This document shows, piece by piece, positions 11,550-23,539 of a stretch of 64,000 nucleotides of DNA; positions within the stretch are counted from its first letter, which is position 1; each line of letters begins with the position of its first letter. A program made the position numbers and the translations under genes. The DNA lies in NCBI GenBank assembly GCA_016748015.1, contig JAAOMT010000570.1, forward strand, positions 190,043 through 254,042, written 5' to 3'. Under the pieces are notes generated by a model. It did not search any database. It had not been told where the DNA came from and saw only the letters and a list, made by a program, of their open reading frames with translations. The stretch comes from Geosiphon pyriformis uo1 (Eukaryota > Fungi > Glomeromycota).

Positions 11550-12927
11550 ATAAACAACCACCTTTACAAAAACCTCAGCCAATACTTGGAAACACTACAA
11601 ATAGACGAAGAAATGCCAGTAAAAAAGCTAATTAAGCTCCAAAAATTAGCAAAACACTATTTCATCTAAAATCACATACTTTATTACCAGAATTGACAAA
11701 ATTCAGATAATCCATTAAGAGTTATAACCACAGATAAAAAAGAAACTATCTTATTTAACATGCATTCAGATATTCATTCAGGCCACTTTGGAAAAACAGC
11801 AACCATCCAACGTACAACTAGCCATTACTATTGGCCAAAAATGAGTTCAGACATAATCCAATACATAAGAAATTGTGACCCATGCCAACAAAGAAGAGGA
11901 GCAAAACCAATGGAATTATTAAGACCAATAAAAATTGGACAGCCATTTGACAGAATTGGAATTGATTTAGTTGGACTCTTATCAATAACAACAAGAAACA
12001 ACCATTATATTGCAGTAGCTATGGACTATCTCACCAAATGGCCAAAAGCTAGAGCTATTAAGACAGCTAATGCTATTTCCATAGCTCAATTTGTACATAA
12101 AGACTTAATTTGCTGGCATGGATGTCCACAAGAATTGCTATCAGATCAAAGCACACTTCATAAACAGCACCTTAAAAAAACTTAGCCAAAAATTTGGAAT
12201 CAAGCAACCACTGTCATCACCATACCACCCTCAAACAAATGGATTAATTGAAAGATTTAATTGCACATTATGCAAATCACTGGCGAAAATTAGTAACAAA
12301 CATGAAAAAAAATAAGATTTGTTTATACCAGCAATACTACTAGCATATAGAACAGTAAAACAAGATACTACACAATTTACACCATTTGAACTAGTTTATG
12401 GAAGAAAAGCCATATTACCAGTTAAACTTAATATCCCAACTTATCTAAGTGACACTATCACAGAAGCAATATTCCAGGAAACACTACTTAGAAGAACATA
12501 CGAATTAATGGGAACTTTAGAAAACAAAAGAAGAAAAGCAGCACAAAATATTGAACAATCACAAGAACAACAAAAAGTAAAACATGATAACCAGTTACCA
12601 GATAATATAATTAGCTACAAAGTTGGAGATAAAGTATTGTTGCATTGTACAAAAATGGAAAAACAATAGAGTAGAAAATTTGATCACAAGTGGGATAGAC
12701 CATTTTATATTCACAAAATACTTAGAAATAAAGCATATAAGCTAAGACTAGATGATAAAATATTAAGAAAAGCAGCACATGATAACCAGCTGAAATTCTA
12801 TTACAGTAAACCAGTAATAACAACAAAGACACCTAGAATTGGAACACAATTATCTTTAATTCTATCAGAACAAATTCCACAAGATTTAGAACCAATAGTT
12901 TTAATTGAACATTATTCAAAAAGATAA
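11550..12927 (+). pseudogene. Element A integrase (HHCC, DDE, GPY/F-like; no chromodomain), apparently a separate ORF
   Basis: HSDIHSGHFG..CDPCQ, IGIDLVG, LLSDQ, PYHPQTNGLIERFN. Starts at ATA (likely mutated ATG) in a different frame from RNase H. Confidence 0.88.
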
Positions 12928-13011
12928 TTAATCTTAGATCACAGCAAAAATGATTTAACAACCATAAAAACGCATACAAAAGATTCCAAAATAGCAGTCA
13001 AAATTAAAACA

Positions 13012-13680
13012 ATGATACTTATTCCAAAAAACATCAACAATATAACTCAACAATTAGTTGAAAGCTTACAACAATTAAAATCCGATCTGGAAATCACAGT
13101 TAATAGCTCCAAAATAACATACATAAAAAGAACAATAGAAAATCCAAAAACAAAAAAAAAACATAATTTTGAACCATATAATATTACTAAACATAACAAC
13201 AAATTTATCAGCAAAGTTATTGAAAAATTAGAGATAGCATTGGGCAATACATTAATAATAGAAGAAATAGAAATAAGTGAATTAATACCAGACACATTTA
13301 GCAACTTGAAAACGAAATTTCCAATTAACTACTGTTATTATCAACTAGGAAAGCACTTGAACATACAAACATTATACTCAAAAGACTCAACTAGAGTGTT
13401 TGACAAAACAACTATCCAACTATTAGAACCTTTCATTGGAAAAACCAACATTACATTCCATTCAAAAACAGTTTATAGAATTTTCAAAGCATTTGAAAAC
13501 TGTTACAAACTATTGTTGGACCCAACCATGAACATAATAACAACCAACAGTATTGGATAACTTACTAACTTGCAATTTCAAGAATTACAACAACAAATTA
13601 ATAATACAGTATTGAACCACTATAATAACTTAGAATTTAATGAAGAAATTAACTTTGATTTCGATAGAGCTCAATCTTGA
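13012..13680 (+). pseudogene. Element A ORF3, unknown ~220 aa accessory protein (one internal TAA)
   Basis: ATG-initiated ORF between integrase and PPT, clearly similar to element B ORF3; no transmembrane segment or signal peptide. Confidence 0.8.
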
Positions 13681-13693
13681 AAGGAGGGGATAA
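13679..13693 (+). promoter_or_regulatory. Polypurine tract of element A
   Basis: gaaaggaggggataa directly before the 3' LTR TG. Confidence 0.85.
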
Positions 13694-14567
13694 TGTTACA
13701 GTTTAAGAATTTAGCAAAAAAATTATAAAAATAATATAAACTATTCAATCATAATATAGCGCAGTAATAATCTTAGAAAGGTAATAATTAACATAGTAAC
13801 AAATACCATCTCGCAATAGTGGCAAGCACCAGTTCACAATAGCAGCCAACACCAACTGGTGATAGCAGTAAACACCAGGTTGAAATATCAAAAACAAAGT
13901 ATTACAATGTGTTTTCTCGTAGAACTACAAACATGTATATATACAGTAGTTTTAATATTGAGAAAAGAGAATCAAGTAATAAAAATCATAATTTATTAAG
14001 CAATAAATCCAATTTTATCCAACAAACCCCACTTTAAATCATACTTTCAAATTAAATATCTCAAAAAACCTTTAAATTAAAAAGAAATGAAAAAAAATAT
14101 TTAAAACTGAATTATCACAACCCAAAGTATTAAGAAACTTACTTGTATTATTTATTGAATGAAACTATCATTCATCAACTGAATCCCTTGGAAGAATAAT
14201 TCTTGATCAAAATTATTCACGTTGTTACTAATTGATAAAAGCTTTATTGTAAGAATTAGGAAAAGCACTAAAGGCCATTAACCTTCTGTATTTCTAAATT
14301 AAAGAAACACATCAGGCAATTGCAAGAATAGCCTCAGAAAAGACCCCAAACAGTGGGTAGATTTCAGTTCAGCCTCTGAAAAGGAGTACATAAACACACA
14401 CAACAATCAGGAATTGAAGAATAACTTACATTGCGAAATTAAAAAGAAAGCCTTCAGTATAACAGTGACATTATCACACAAATAGAATTGAAGAATTCAC
14501 GAAAAACTGATTGCAATTAAAACGGGATATTGGCAATTAAATATAACAAGAAAACCATCCCATAACA
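13694..14567 (+). repeat. 3' LTR of element A
   Basis: TGTTAC...ATAACA, 874 bp. Confidence 0.97.
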
Positions 14568-14665
14568 ACATCTTGGTGTGTTTGGCGTTGTGTAAGAGTT
14601 TTATGTTCAAACTTTGTTTTTAGGAAGCAGTCTTGGTTTTCGGTGACTTCAAAATTGCTTGTCGT

Positions 14666-15644
14666 TGTTACCGGAGGTTTTTGGTCTCTTTTTTTGAATG
14701 TTGTTAATGTTGATTTGTTGTGAATTCACGTTTCCAGGAAGTAGTTAGACCTCTAGTAACTGAATTTATCTTTAAATTATCTCTTATAATTTGAACTGCT
14801 GAGCTTATAAGTGGAATGGCCAATTCCATGCCAGTTATTTTATATAGTTACATTGTAGTAAATGTTAACTCTTTCTCAGGAATTACTTGTCTGGAAGCTT
14901 ACTAAAATGTGTAGTTACTTTGCTGTGAAAGTTAACTCTTCTACAGGGATCTCGTCTGTAGACTACCCTAATGATTATAGTAAGAAAATAAAAAGAAAAT
15001 AAAAGAAATGTAAAAGAAATAGAATTCTGTCAAGGGAAATGTTTTCAATCCAGGCCTGGAGTCACTAACAGTTTATTGAAATTGGTAGCTAATCAATTTC
15101 AAAATATTAGTTGGGTTTTGAGAATTTTTCTAAGTGCAATAATTAAAGAATTTGGTTTTTTCAAATTATTTGATATTTATTTCTTTTTGTGTGTATAGGA
15201 ATGGTTCTAAGTGATAAATCTAAAGTAAGATACATTTTCTCGAAAAGAGAAGCTCTTCTTTTATACAACTTGTCATAACACTATTCTATAAACTTGAACT
15301 TTGCTATTTTTTACAATTTCGCTAAACTAAAGATACATTTTGGCAAACTACAAGTTATTTCTGCAAACTATTAGATATTTCGGTGAACTATCAATTATTT
15401 CAGCGAATTTCTACAAATTTCGGCAAACTTTTGAATGTTACATAGTTCAGGATATTTTATAATTGATCATCACAATTAGGTTACATTTGTGTTGTGTACA
15501 AATTGGGTTATTAATTAAATGATAATTTTGAACATTTTGCTAATGTAATAAGTGATAATTTGAAACAATAATATATGCTAATTAATAATAGGAATTATAA
15601 GATAATTTCATGCTAAATAATATCTCTAATTTTATCTGGTAACA
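14666..15644 (-). repeat. 3' LTR of element B
   Basis: TGTTAC...GTAACA on the minus strand; repeat of 23540-24518; preceded by PPT gagaagaaggtta. Confidence 0.96.
15316..15436 (-). repeat. 6 x ~20-bp tandem array in LTR B (element-strand core AGTTYGCCGAAAT); also at 24190-24310, and 5 units at ~39089-39189
   Basis: Plus-strand units atttcgctaaact / attttggcaaact / atttctgcaaact / atttcggtgaact / atttcagcgaatt / atttcggcaaact at 20-21 bp spacing. Confidence 0.85.
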
Positions 15645-16335
15645 TAACCTTCTTCTCAAGACTGAGCTCCATCGAAGTCCAAGTATTGTCTGTTATTTCC
15701 AGATAATAATCCAAAATTATTGAAGAAATTTGGTTTGAAAATTGTTGAAATTTCAGTTCTGTGAGCTTTCCAATGTATTGAATCTTCAAAGGTTGAAAAA
15801 TTGGGTTTTGTAGTACATTTTCACAGGTGTAAAATAGGTCATAAAGTCTAAGAGCAGCTCTGAGCCTGTAGTGACTGTTTATTGATCCAGCTGTTGTCTT
15901 GAATTCATTGTGGGGTTGTTTCTGAATGGCTTTTTTTGTGAAGTTTACTGTTGTAAGTTCCAGTTTTCGTTCATAGAGTGTTTTTCCAATGTGAAAATAT
16001 CTATAAATTGGAGGATATTCAGTGTTTTCCTCCTTGAGACACAGTTGAAGTCTTTGTTGAATTGTAGCATTTGGTGGAATATTAATTGGAGTGAGCATTA
16101 GGTTTTCTCTTAAAGCAAGCTTTAAAAGTTCTGGCAGGTGAATTCCAAAATAACTTCTTGTGTTTTTCTTATATGGGTGATATTTTCGTGAATTTGGGGC
16201 TAAATTTGTAATTACTTCTGTTTGAGTATAATTAATGTGGTTTCCAGTAACAGTAATAGATAATTCAGGTATTGTTTTTAAAGCTAACATTAGTTTTTGG
16301 GATAATTGTTGAATGTTTTGAGGAATAGTTATTAT
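15613..16335 (-). pseudogene. Element B ORF3, unknown accessory protein homologous to ORF3 of A
   Basis: (M)ITIPQNIQQLSQKLMLAL.. matches A MILIPKNINNITQQLVESL..; open for 225+ codons; start is probably ATG mutated to ATA at 16335. Confidence 0.8.
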
Positions 16336-16438
16336 AAGAGATTTGAAATAAAAGAAAATTATTTTTGGTGTATGGGTTTTTATGTTATTTTTGTTTTGAT
16401 TGTTTTTAAATTATAAGAGAATAACTAGTAAAATTAAA

Positions 16439-17824
16439 TTAAGTGTTCAGGTTGGAAGGTTGTTCAATGACAACTATTGGTTCTAAGTTTCGGGGAATAT
16501 CTTCAGGATTGATTAAAAGAAAATGTGTACCAATTTGTGGAATTAATGGTTCAGGATTGTTTTTGGAATGATAGTGTTTCAAACAATCTCCATGTGCAAC
16601 TTTTGCTAGGATTTTGTCATCAAGTTTTAGCTTGTATAATCTATTGCCTAGGACTTCATGAATAAAGAATAGTCCATCCCATTTATTTTCAAATTTTCCA
16701 CTCCATTGTTTTTCAGCTTTAGTTCTGTGTAAGAGAACTTTGTTTCTGATTTTAAATTCATTGGTGACTGGAGGCAATTTGTCATCATGCTGTTCTTTTT
16801 GTTAAGCTTGGAAGTGTTCAATATGAGTGGCTGCTATTCGTCATTTTCCTTCCAATGTGCTAAGCAGAGTATAGGCTCTTCGCTGAAGCATTTCTTGGAA
16901 ATTGTTTTCATCGATTGGTTGTGCTGGGTATGTTTCCACTGTGAAACTAATTGGTAATGTTGCTGTCCTTCTGTAGGTTAAATCAAATGGTGTGTGTTTT
17001 GTGGTATCTTGTTTTAGTGTTCTGTATGTTAGCAACACTGATGGAATAAAGATATCCCATTCTTGCTCAAAATCGGTTGAGACTTTGGCTAATGACTCAC
17101 ACAATGTTCTGTTAAAACGTTCCACAAGTCCATTTGTTTGTAGATGGTAGGGCGAAAACAGAGGTTTTTTGACATTAAATTGTTCGCAAATTTTTTGTAT
17201 CAGGTTGTTCACAAAGTGTGTCCCCTGATCGGATAAAAGTTCAATTGGACATCTGTGTCTACAAATGATGTTTTCGTAGATAAAATTTGCTACTGATTTT
17301 GCATCTGCTCGTTGAATGGCTCTGGTTTTGGGCCATTTAGTAAAATAGTCTACAGCTACTGCAATATAATGGTTTCCTTGAATGGTAATAGATAGTGGTC
17401 TAACTAAATCGATACCAACTCGGTCAAAGAGGTGTCCAACTTTGATTGGATTTAATAGTTCAGTAGGACATGTTCCTTCTCTTTTTTGACAACTATCACA
17501 AGATTTGACATATTCGTGAATGTCTTTCCTCATTCGAGACCAAAAGTAGTATTCTAGTGTTCTTTGGGTGGTGCTATCTTTTCCGAAGTGTACTGATGAA
17601 AGATTTGAGTGCATGTTGTATAATATGGTCTCTTTTTCTTGTTCTTGTATTAATCTGAGTGGTTTGTTTGGGTTTTTGAAATTTCGATGATAAATAATGT
17701 TGTTGTGTAGAAAATATTGTTTGGCTTGTTGTTGTAATTGATGTTTTTCATCTGGAGACCAATCTGTTGGGATTGTTAATGTTTCCAAATATTGTTTGAG
17801 ATTGTTGTAGTTTTCCGAATTCAT
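16439..17824 (-). pseudogene. Element B integrase (HHCC, DDE, GPF-like; no chromodomain), with its own ATG
   Basis: MNSENYNNLKQYL.., HSNLSSVHFG..CDSCQ, VGIDLV, LSDQGTHF, NGLVERFNRTL, KWDGLFFIHEVLG. Confidence 0.9.
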
Positions 17825-17875
17825 TGTTTGTTGGTTGTTATAATTGGTTAAGTTGAATGTTGGTTTTTGTGTTTT

Positions 17876-20800
17876 CTAATTTTGTTTTATTCTGGAGAGA
17901 CAGTCAACATTGGTGTGGAGTTTTTTTGATTTGTGATGTACTATGTATTGATAGTTTGCTAAAAATCCTGTCCATCTGGTTTGTTTGGCGTTCAGCTGAG
18001 TGTTTTTGTTTTGTAACCATTTGAGTCCAATATTATCAGTGATAATATCGAATTCTTTAGGTCTGAGATAAAGGTTGAAGTAGTGTAGGGCCCAAATTAT
18101 GGCTGCTGTTTCTAGTTTTGTGGCAGGGTAGTTTTTCTCAGCTGGTTTTAATGTTCTGCTAGCATAAGCAATTACTTGCTCATTTCCATTGTCATCTAGT
18201 TGTGATAAGATGACACCAAAGACAGTATATGAAGCATTTGTAGCTAGTCGAAATCAGTTGCTGAAATCCGGGTAGGTGAGGATTGGAGCTGTTGTCAGTT
18301 TTTTCTTGAGAATTTCAAAAGCTTTTTGGTGTTCGGTAGTCTATTTGTATTCAATGTTTTTGGTGGTGAGCTGGTTGAGGAGTTTTGCAATTTCCAAGAA
18401 TCCTTTGATAAATTTCCAATAGTAGGATGCTAATTCTATGAATCCTCTTAGTTCTGTAGTGTTTTAAGGAGTTTTGAAGTTTTTGACAACACTGATTTTT
18501 CTAGGGTCCAGTTTGATTCCATCTTTACTAATAATATGCCCAAGGAAGGCCAAGCTTGTTTTTCCAAAGTAGCATTTTTTGATGTTGAGTTTTAGTCCTG
18601 CTTTTCGTAATTGTTGAAAAACTTCTCGCAGGTGTTTTAAGTATAATTCGAATGATGGAGAATAAACATCAGTATCATCAAGATAAACGACTACTGACTT
18701 CCAAAGAAGTCCTTGGTATACAACATCCATTAATCTTTGAAACATTGCTAGTGCATTGCATAATCCGAAAGGCATTACATTGAACTCGTAATTTCCACCT
18801 TGGGTGGTGAATGCTGTTTTGGGGCAATCTTTGGGATCCATAGCAACTTGCCAGTAACCACTTTCTAAATCTAGTGTTGAAAAGTATTTGGATTTTTCAA
18901 GAGCATCTAACATGTCATCAATTCAGAAAAGGGGGTAGGCATCTCCAATTGTAACACTATTGAGTTGTTGATAGTTAACACAAAATTGAATCTTTCCATT
19001 TTTCTTTTTAACTAGCACTACAGGTGAAGCCCAAGGACTCATGGAGAATTGGATGAGCCCATTGTTAAGCATTTGTTGTACTTCTTCTTGGATGAATTGG
19101 TGGCTTTCTGGAGCAACTCAATATGCTTGTTGTTTTCTTGGTTTGGCATCTCCTGTATAAATTTGGTGTTGGACCAAATTGGTTCTTTCTAAGTTATTGT
19201 TGTTTTCAGCAAAGATATCGGCAAATTCTGCAATTAGCTCTTTGAACTGGGTCTGTTGTTGTGGTTTAAGTTGTTCCATGTTGATTTGAGACAGTTTTTT
19301 TATGACAACATGGTAGTTTTTGGAACTGGGGTTTGGGTTGATTTTTGGTAGTGAATGTCCAATAATTTCAGAGAAATTGAGAACTGTTTGGGTTAATTCT
19401 TGTTGAAATATATTACTGTAAATAACTCCAATTTCTAAATTATTTAATAAAATTATGGGGTAATTATTGGGGTTGTAAAAAGTAACTCAGACTTTTTTTG
19501 TTCTTTCTGAAATATAAATGTTTGGGATCAAAATATTATGTTCCAAGCAGACTTGTTTATTGGACTCAAAAATCTGTTGTGTGGTTGTTGGCTTTGGGCA
19601 GGTGTAGATTTCCGGATGTTCTCCAAAAGGTGAGATGGTAATTGGTTGTGGAAGTTTGAGAATCTGGTGAGATTTGTTTTGTGTATTAAGAGCTATATTA
19701 ACTGGAACTGTGAATCGTCCAGTTGAACCAAAACCTTGGGTTCCTCTATCACTTTTTCCTAATTGTTCTCTTTGATTGACTAGTTGCAAACCTGAAATGT
19801 TGATTAGGGGTAGGTAAATAGCTTGGGCAATTTTTTCAGCATGTTTGATCTTGAATAGTTTGTCAATTTCATTTTGAAGCATCACTGTAATGTCTCCAGT
19901 ATATCCAGCATCGATTATTCCTTCTTTGACATTGATTCCTTTGCTTGCCAGAAAGGACCAGGAGGTGATTTGAACCATTGCTCCTGGCAGGATTTCGAGT
20001 GCAATTTTGAGGTTAATTTTTGTGAGAGATTTGGATTGGAGAACAAAAGTATTTTTATCTGGATATCTTAGGTCATATCCAGCATTAATTTCGTGTGCTT
20101 TTTCAGGTTTTATTCCTTGCCCGTTGTTGTTGAAATATTTGAGTTGTAAGGCAGACTGATTTTCGATAAGATAGATGGGTGTTGTTTCAATTTCTTCCGT
20201 GGCTTCAGGTTTTCCAAATTCAATTTTGTTCTCATTACTTTTGCTGGGCAAGGGAATGCTAAAAGCATAGCATTCAGGACACTACTGTTCATCACAAGAC
20301 ATAATGTATTCTTCACATAGCCTAATGTTCATTTGCTCTAATTGTTGAATTTGAGCTTCTTGGGTTGGGTAGGTGTGACTTGCAATTTGGTGGTAGACTT
20401 CTACTTTGTCTTCATAATCAAATCCAGCTAATTCTATGGTGTATTTAATATATTCTGATTCCTTTATTTGACGAACATCTTCTTTGGTAGCTCTATTAAT
20501 TAATGCTATTGCTAGGTTGAAAATCATCTCAGCATTATGGGAGTAGTAATAAAGTTTGTTAAGAGCACTGTTGTATGCTGCATCAAAAAGTGTTTCTCTT
20601 TTGACTTTTTCTGAAATTGATAAAGCATATTGGCAGGTTTGATCACAGACTCCTCCTCTTATTGCTATATCAATCCAATTGCATTCTTCCAGTAGCATAT
20701 CTCCACAAGTCAAACAAGGGGTGTTGTCCCATTTTCCGCTTCTTTTTATTAGATGGCCCCATCATTCTCTGTGGTAAGCCTTGCAGTAATAACAAGTATA

Positions 20801-23500
20801 ATTTTCATATTCTTCTTCAAGTGAAATGCAGGCTCCCATTGATGATAGTTTCTTGTAGCAGTCTTTATATTTAAGGGGAATATAGGGACATTGTTTCCTT
20901 AGTTCGGGTTTTGAGTAAGGGATATTCCATTCAGAGGTTTTGGGTTCAGAGTGTGGGGTAAAATGTTCTTGTTCTGTTTCATCGGCCCAGTTGGACATTG
21001 ATCCAAGAGCCATGAATGTTTCAATGAGAGGTTTTTTCTCTTCCAGTTCGAATTCAAAAGCTGTGGCTTTTTCAGAGCATTTGTTGAATGTACCACAAGT
21101 GGCAGGTACCCGGGTATGTTGTCCTTAGTAGGAGATTGTTAACTCTTGTGTTTCCCAATTCAGATTAGCATTGGCTTTTTGAAGCCAATCATTTCTGACA
21201 AGAGCTTGGTACTGGGGTGCGTCTATTATAAGAACTTTGACTGGAATGGTAATTCCATCAAGAGTAAACAGAAAATTGTCAATTTCTTCTACTGGAGTCT
21301 TTTTCATGTCATCGGCAGTAATGATTACTGTTTGAGCTGGTCGGTCGACATTTCTCTTTAACTGTTGTATTAACTGGTAGGTGATAATGCTTTCAGCAAA
21401 TCCACTATCTAGGATCAAGTGAATTGTCTTTCCTTTGACTTCTGCTTTGGTGTACATAGCAGTAATTGCTTTTTGTTCATTGGCAGCTGCATTGCTGAGT
21501 AAAAATGGTGATTCATTGGCTTCGAACTTAAAAGGAAAGATATCAGAGAGATTGGTGTTTTCAGCAATTCAGGCTGTTGGAATAGTGGTGTGGTTATAAG
21601 AAGGGTTTTGTTGTTGTGCTGCAGCTCTACCTTCCGAGAGTACAGTATGGTAAAAATCCTGTTTTTCTGACATTGTTAAATAACTGGGTTGAGTGTGATA
21701 GTGGTTGGGTCTTGGTTGAGTGGAATTTCGGGGAACTAATTGGTTGTTTAAACTGATTCTATTGTTGTTTACTTGGTATCAGTTTTGTGGTGTGAATTGA
21801 TTTTGTGTACTCAGTCTTCGAGCAGATACTTAATAATGTTGTGTGGGTGGTTGTTGGTATTGCTGTTGGATTGGCTGTGGAGTGGGCTGATAATAGTTAT
21901 TTTGGTATTGGGGTCTTGGTGGATAGTAAGCTGGTGGTGGTGGTTGATAATAAGATTGCTATGGTGGAGGGTAACATTGATTACTTCTATTTTGTTGGTC
22001 TCATTATAGCTTTCTGCAATCTTTTTTCCAGTGGCCAGAAATTCCACAGTAATGACAATTCTGAGGCTGGTTATTGAAAAGTGGTGCAAAGTTATTTTGA
22101 TTTCATCTTTGGGGTGGTTGATATTTTTGGGGTTACTGTTGTTGTTGATTGGTAAAATAGTTTTCAATCTTCTTTGTGAGTTGGTCAATTTTTTCTTCAA
22201 CTGCTGAGCTGGTTTCTTCAATTGTCAAATTTACAAGTTTTGTGTGATTGGCCTCTTCCATGGCCATTTTGTATCTTTTCATATGCTGTATGGCAGAGTT
22301 TAAATCTTCTGGTGCATGTGGACAAACTTTTTTAATTAGTTTATCTTTTAGACCAGCAATAAATTGATCCAAGATTTGAGCATTGAAATAATAATCGTTT
22401 GTTTTGAGTTGGTGAATTTGTCTAAGAAGTTTGTTGAATTTCCCAATATAAGTCATAACAGATTTGAAGGATTCTTGTTTGATATTTCGAAAACGATTGC
22501 AAAGAGTGATAGAGGTATTATTGTCAATGAACTGTTCAAGGAAGGCTGCTTTAAAAGCATTCTAATTATTGAATGGAATGGCCAAGTTTTCAAACCATTC
22601 TCCTGCTGTTTCTTTGAGAAAGTAGGGAATTGTTCTTAACATTCTGGCAGCATTCCATCCATTTGCATCTCCAGCTTTAGTAACTTGGTTGAGCCATTCT
22701 TGGGGACTGGTCTCAATGTCTTCTCCATTAAATTCCAGGATTTTTGCAATATATGTTGTCATTTCATCTTCTTTGTTTTCACTGTCTATTGATTCTTCTT
22801 CAGATATTTTAGGTTCATTTTCTTCGTTCGCTGTTGTCTCAGAGTGTTCACTTTGATTTTCAGCTAGAAAGTCAAGGAGATTGGAACTAGTTTGAAAGGG
22901 TTTTTGTTGTCTGATGGAACTTCTGAGTGATGTAAAATCTTCTGGTCTTGCAAATTGATTCAAGGGTGAATTAGGCGTTTGTGCTTGTGTAAGTGAAGCT
23001 GGAAAAGATGTGATAGTAAGTAGAAGTTTTGAACTGGTTCCTTGTTCAGGTGTTTGTAAATGTTTGGCAGTTGTTTTTGGTAGTGTTGGAGTATTTGGGG
23101 TGGTTTTTGAGTATTGCTTCAATTTGTTTTTGCCTTTGTTGCTTGTTTCTGTTTCCGATTCAAAATCAATAGAGTATTGAGACTGCACTGGATATGTTTC
23201 TTCACAGTATTTGATAATGTTAAAATTAAGTTCATGAAAGTAAGTGGCAAGTGTTTCACTGTTAAGATCTTCAGTTCCCAACTGTGAATAGTGTGCTAAA
23301 TTATTGTAAAGATTGCTTTTAACTTCTAAGATATTGTAATTTCCAAAAAGATAATTGTTGATGCAGTTTTCAATATATTGGTATACTGATTTCTTAACAA
23401 CTTTAATTCCGTCTGGAATGTTGAATCTTTACTTGCAGTAGATGTAAATTGACTGGTAATACTCTAGAGTTGTTGCATCTGGTGTGATTGCCACTTTGAA
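17876..23500 (-). pseudogene. Element B ORF1: extended Gag, protease, Cys-rich domain, dUTPase, RT, RNase H
   Basis: YIAKILEFNG capsid; CHYCGISGHWKKDC knuckle; LILDSGFAES protease; dUTPase motifs AGYDL, GIIDAGYTG, KIAQ, RGTQGFGSTG; LDLESGYWQV, MPFGLCNA, YLDD RT. Start codon not identified. Confidence 0.93.
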
Positions 23501-23519
23501 TTTGTTGTTGCTGTGTTAT

Positions 23520-23537
23520 TTCCGTGGGAGAGCACCA
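23520..23537 (-). promoter_or_regulatory. Primer-binding site of element B (TGGTGCTCTCCCACGG..)
   Basis: TGG 2 nt after the 5' LTR; shares TGGTGCT with the PBS of A. Confidence 0.7.
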
Positions 23538-23539
23538 AA

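Larger units (their letters stand above)
4870..14567 (+). mobile_element. Full-length Ty3/Gypsy LTR retrotransposon, family A (inactivated by stops and a few indels)
   Basis: 874-bp LTRs, PBS, PPT, gag-PR-dUTPase-RT-RH-IN order, 4-bp TSD ATGT/ACAT. Confidence 0.97.

Noticed and set aside
13012-13680. ORF3 as a retroviral-type envelope gene
   Set aside because: No signal peptide, furin site or transmembrane anchor.
4865-14572. Flanks GATGT and ACATC of element A look like an inverted TSD or extended terminal inverted repeat
   Set aside because: Fully explained by a direct ACGT TSD deaminated on opposite strands within the palindromic LINE sequence GACGTC.
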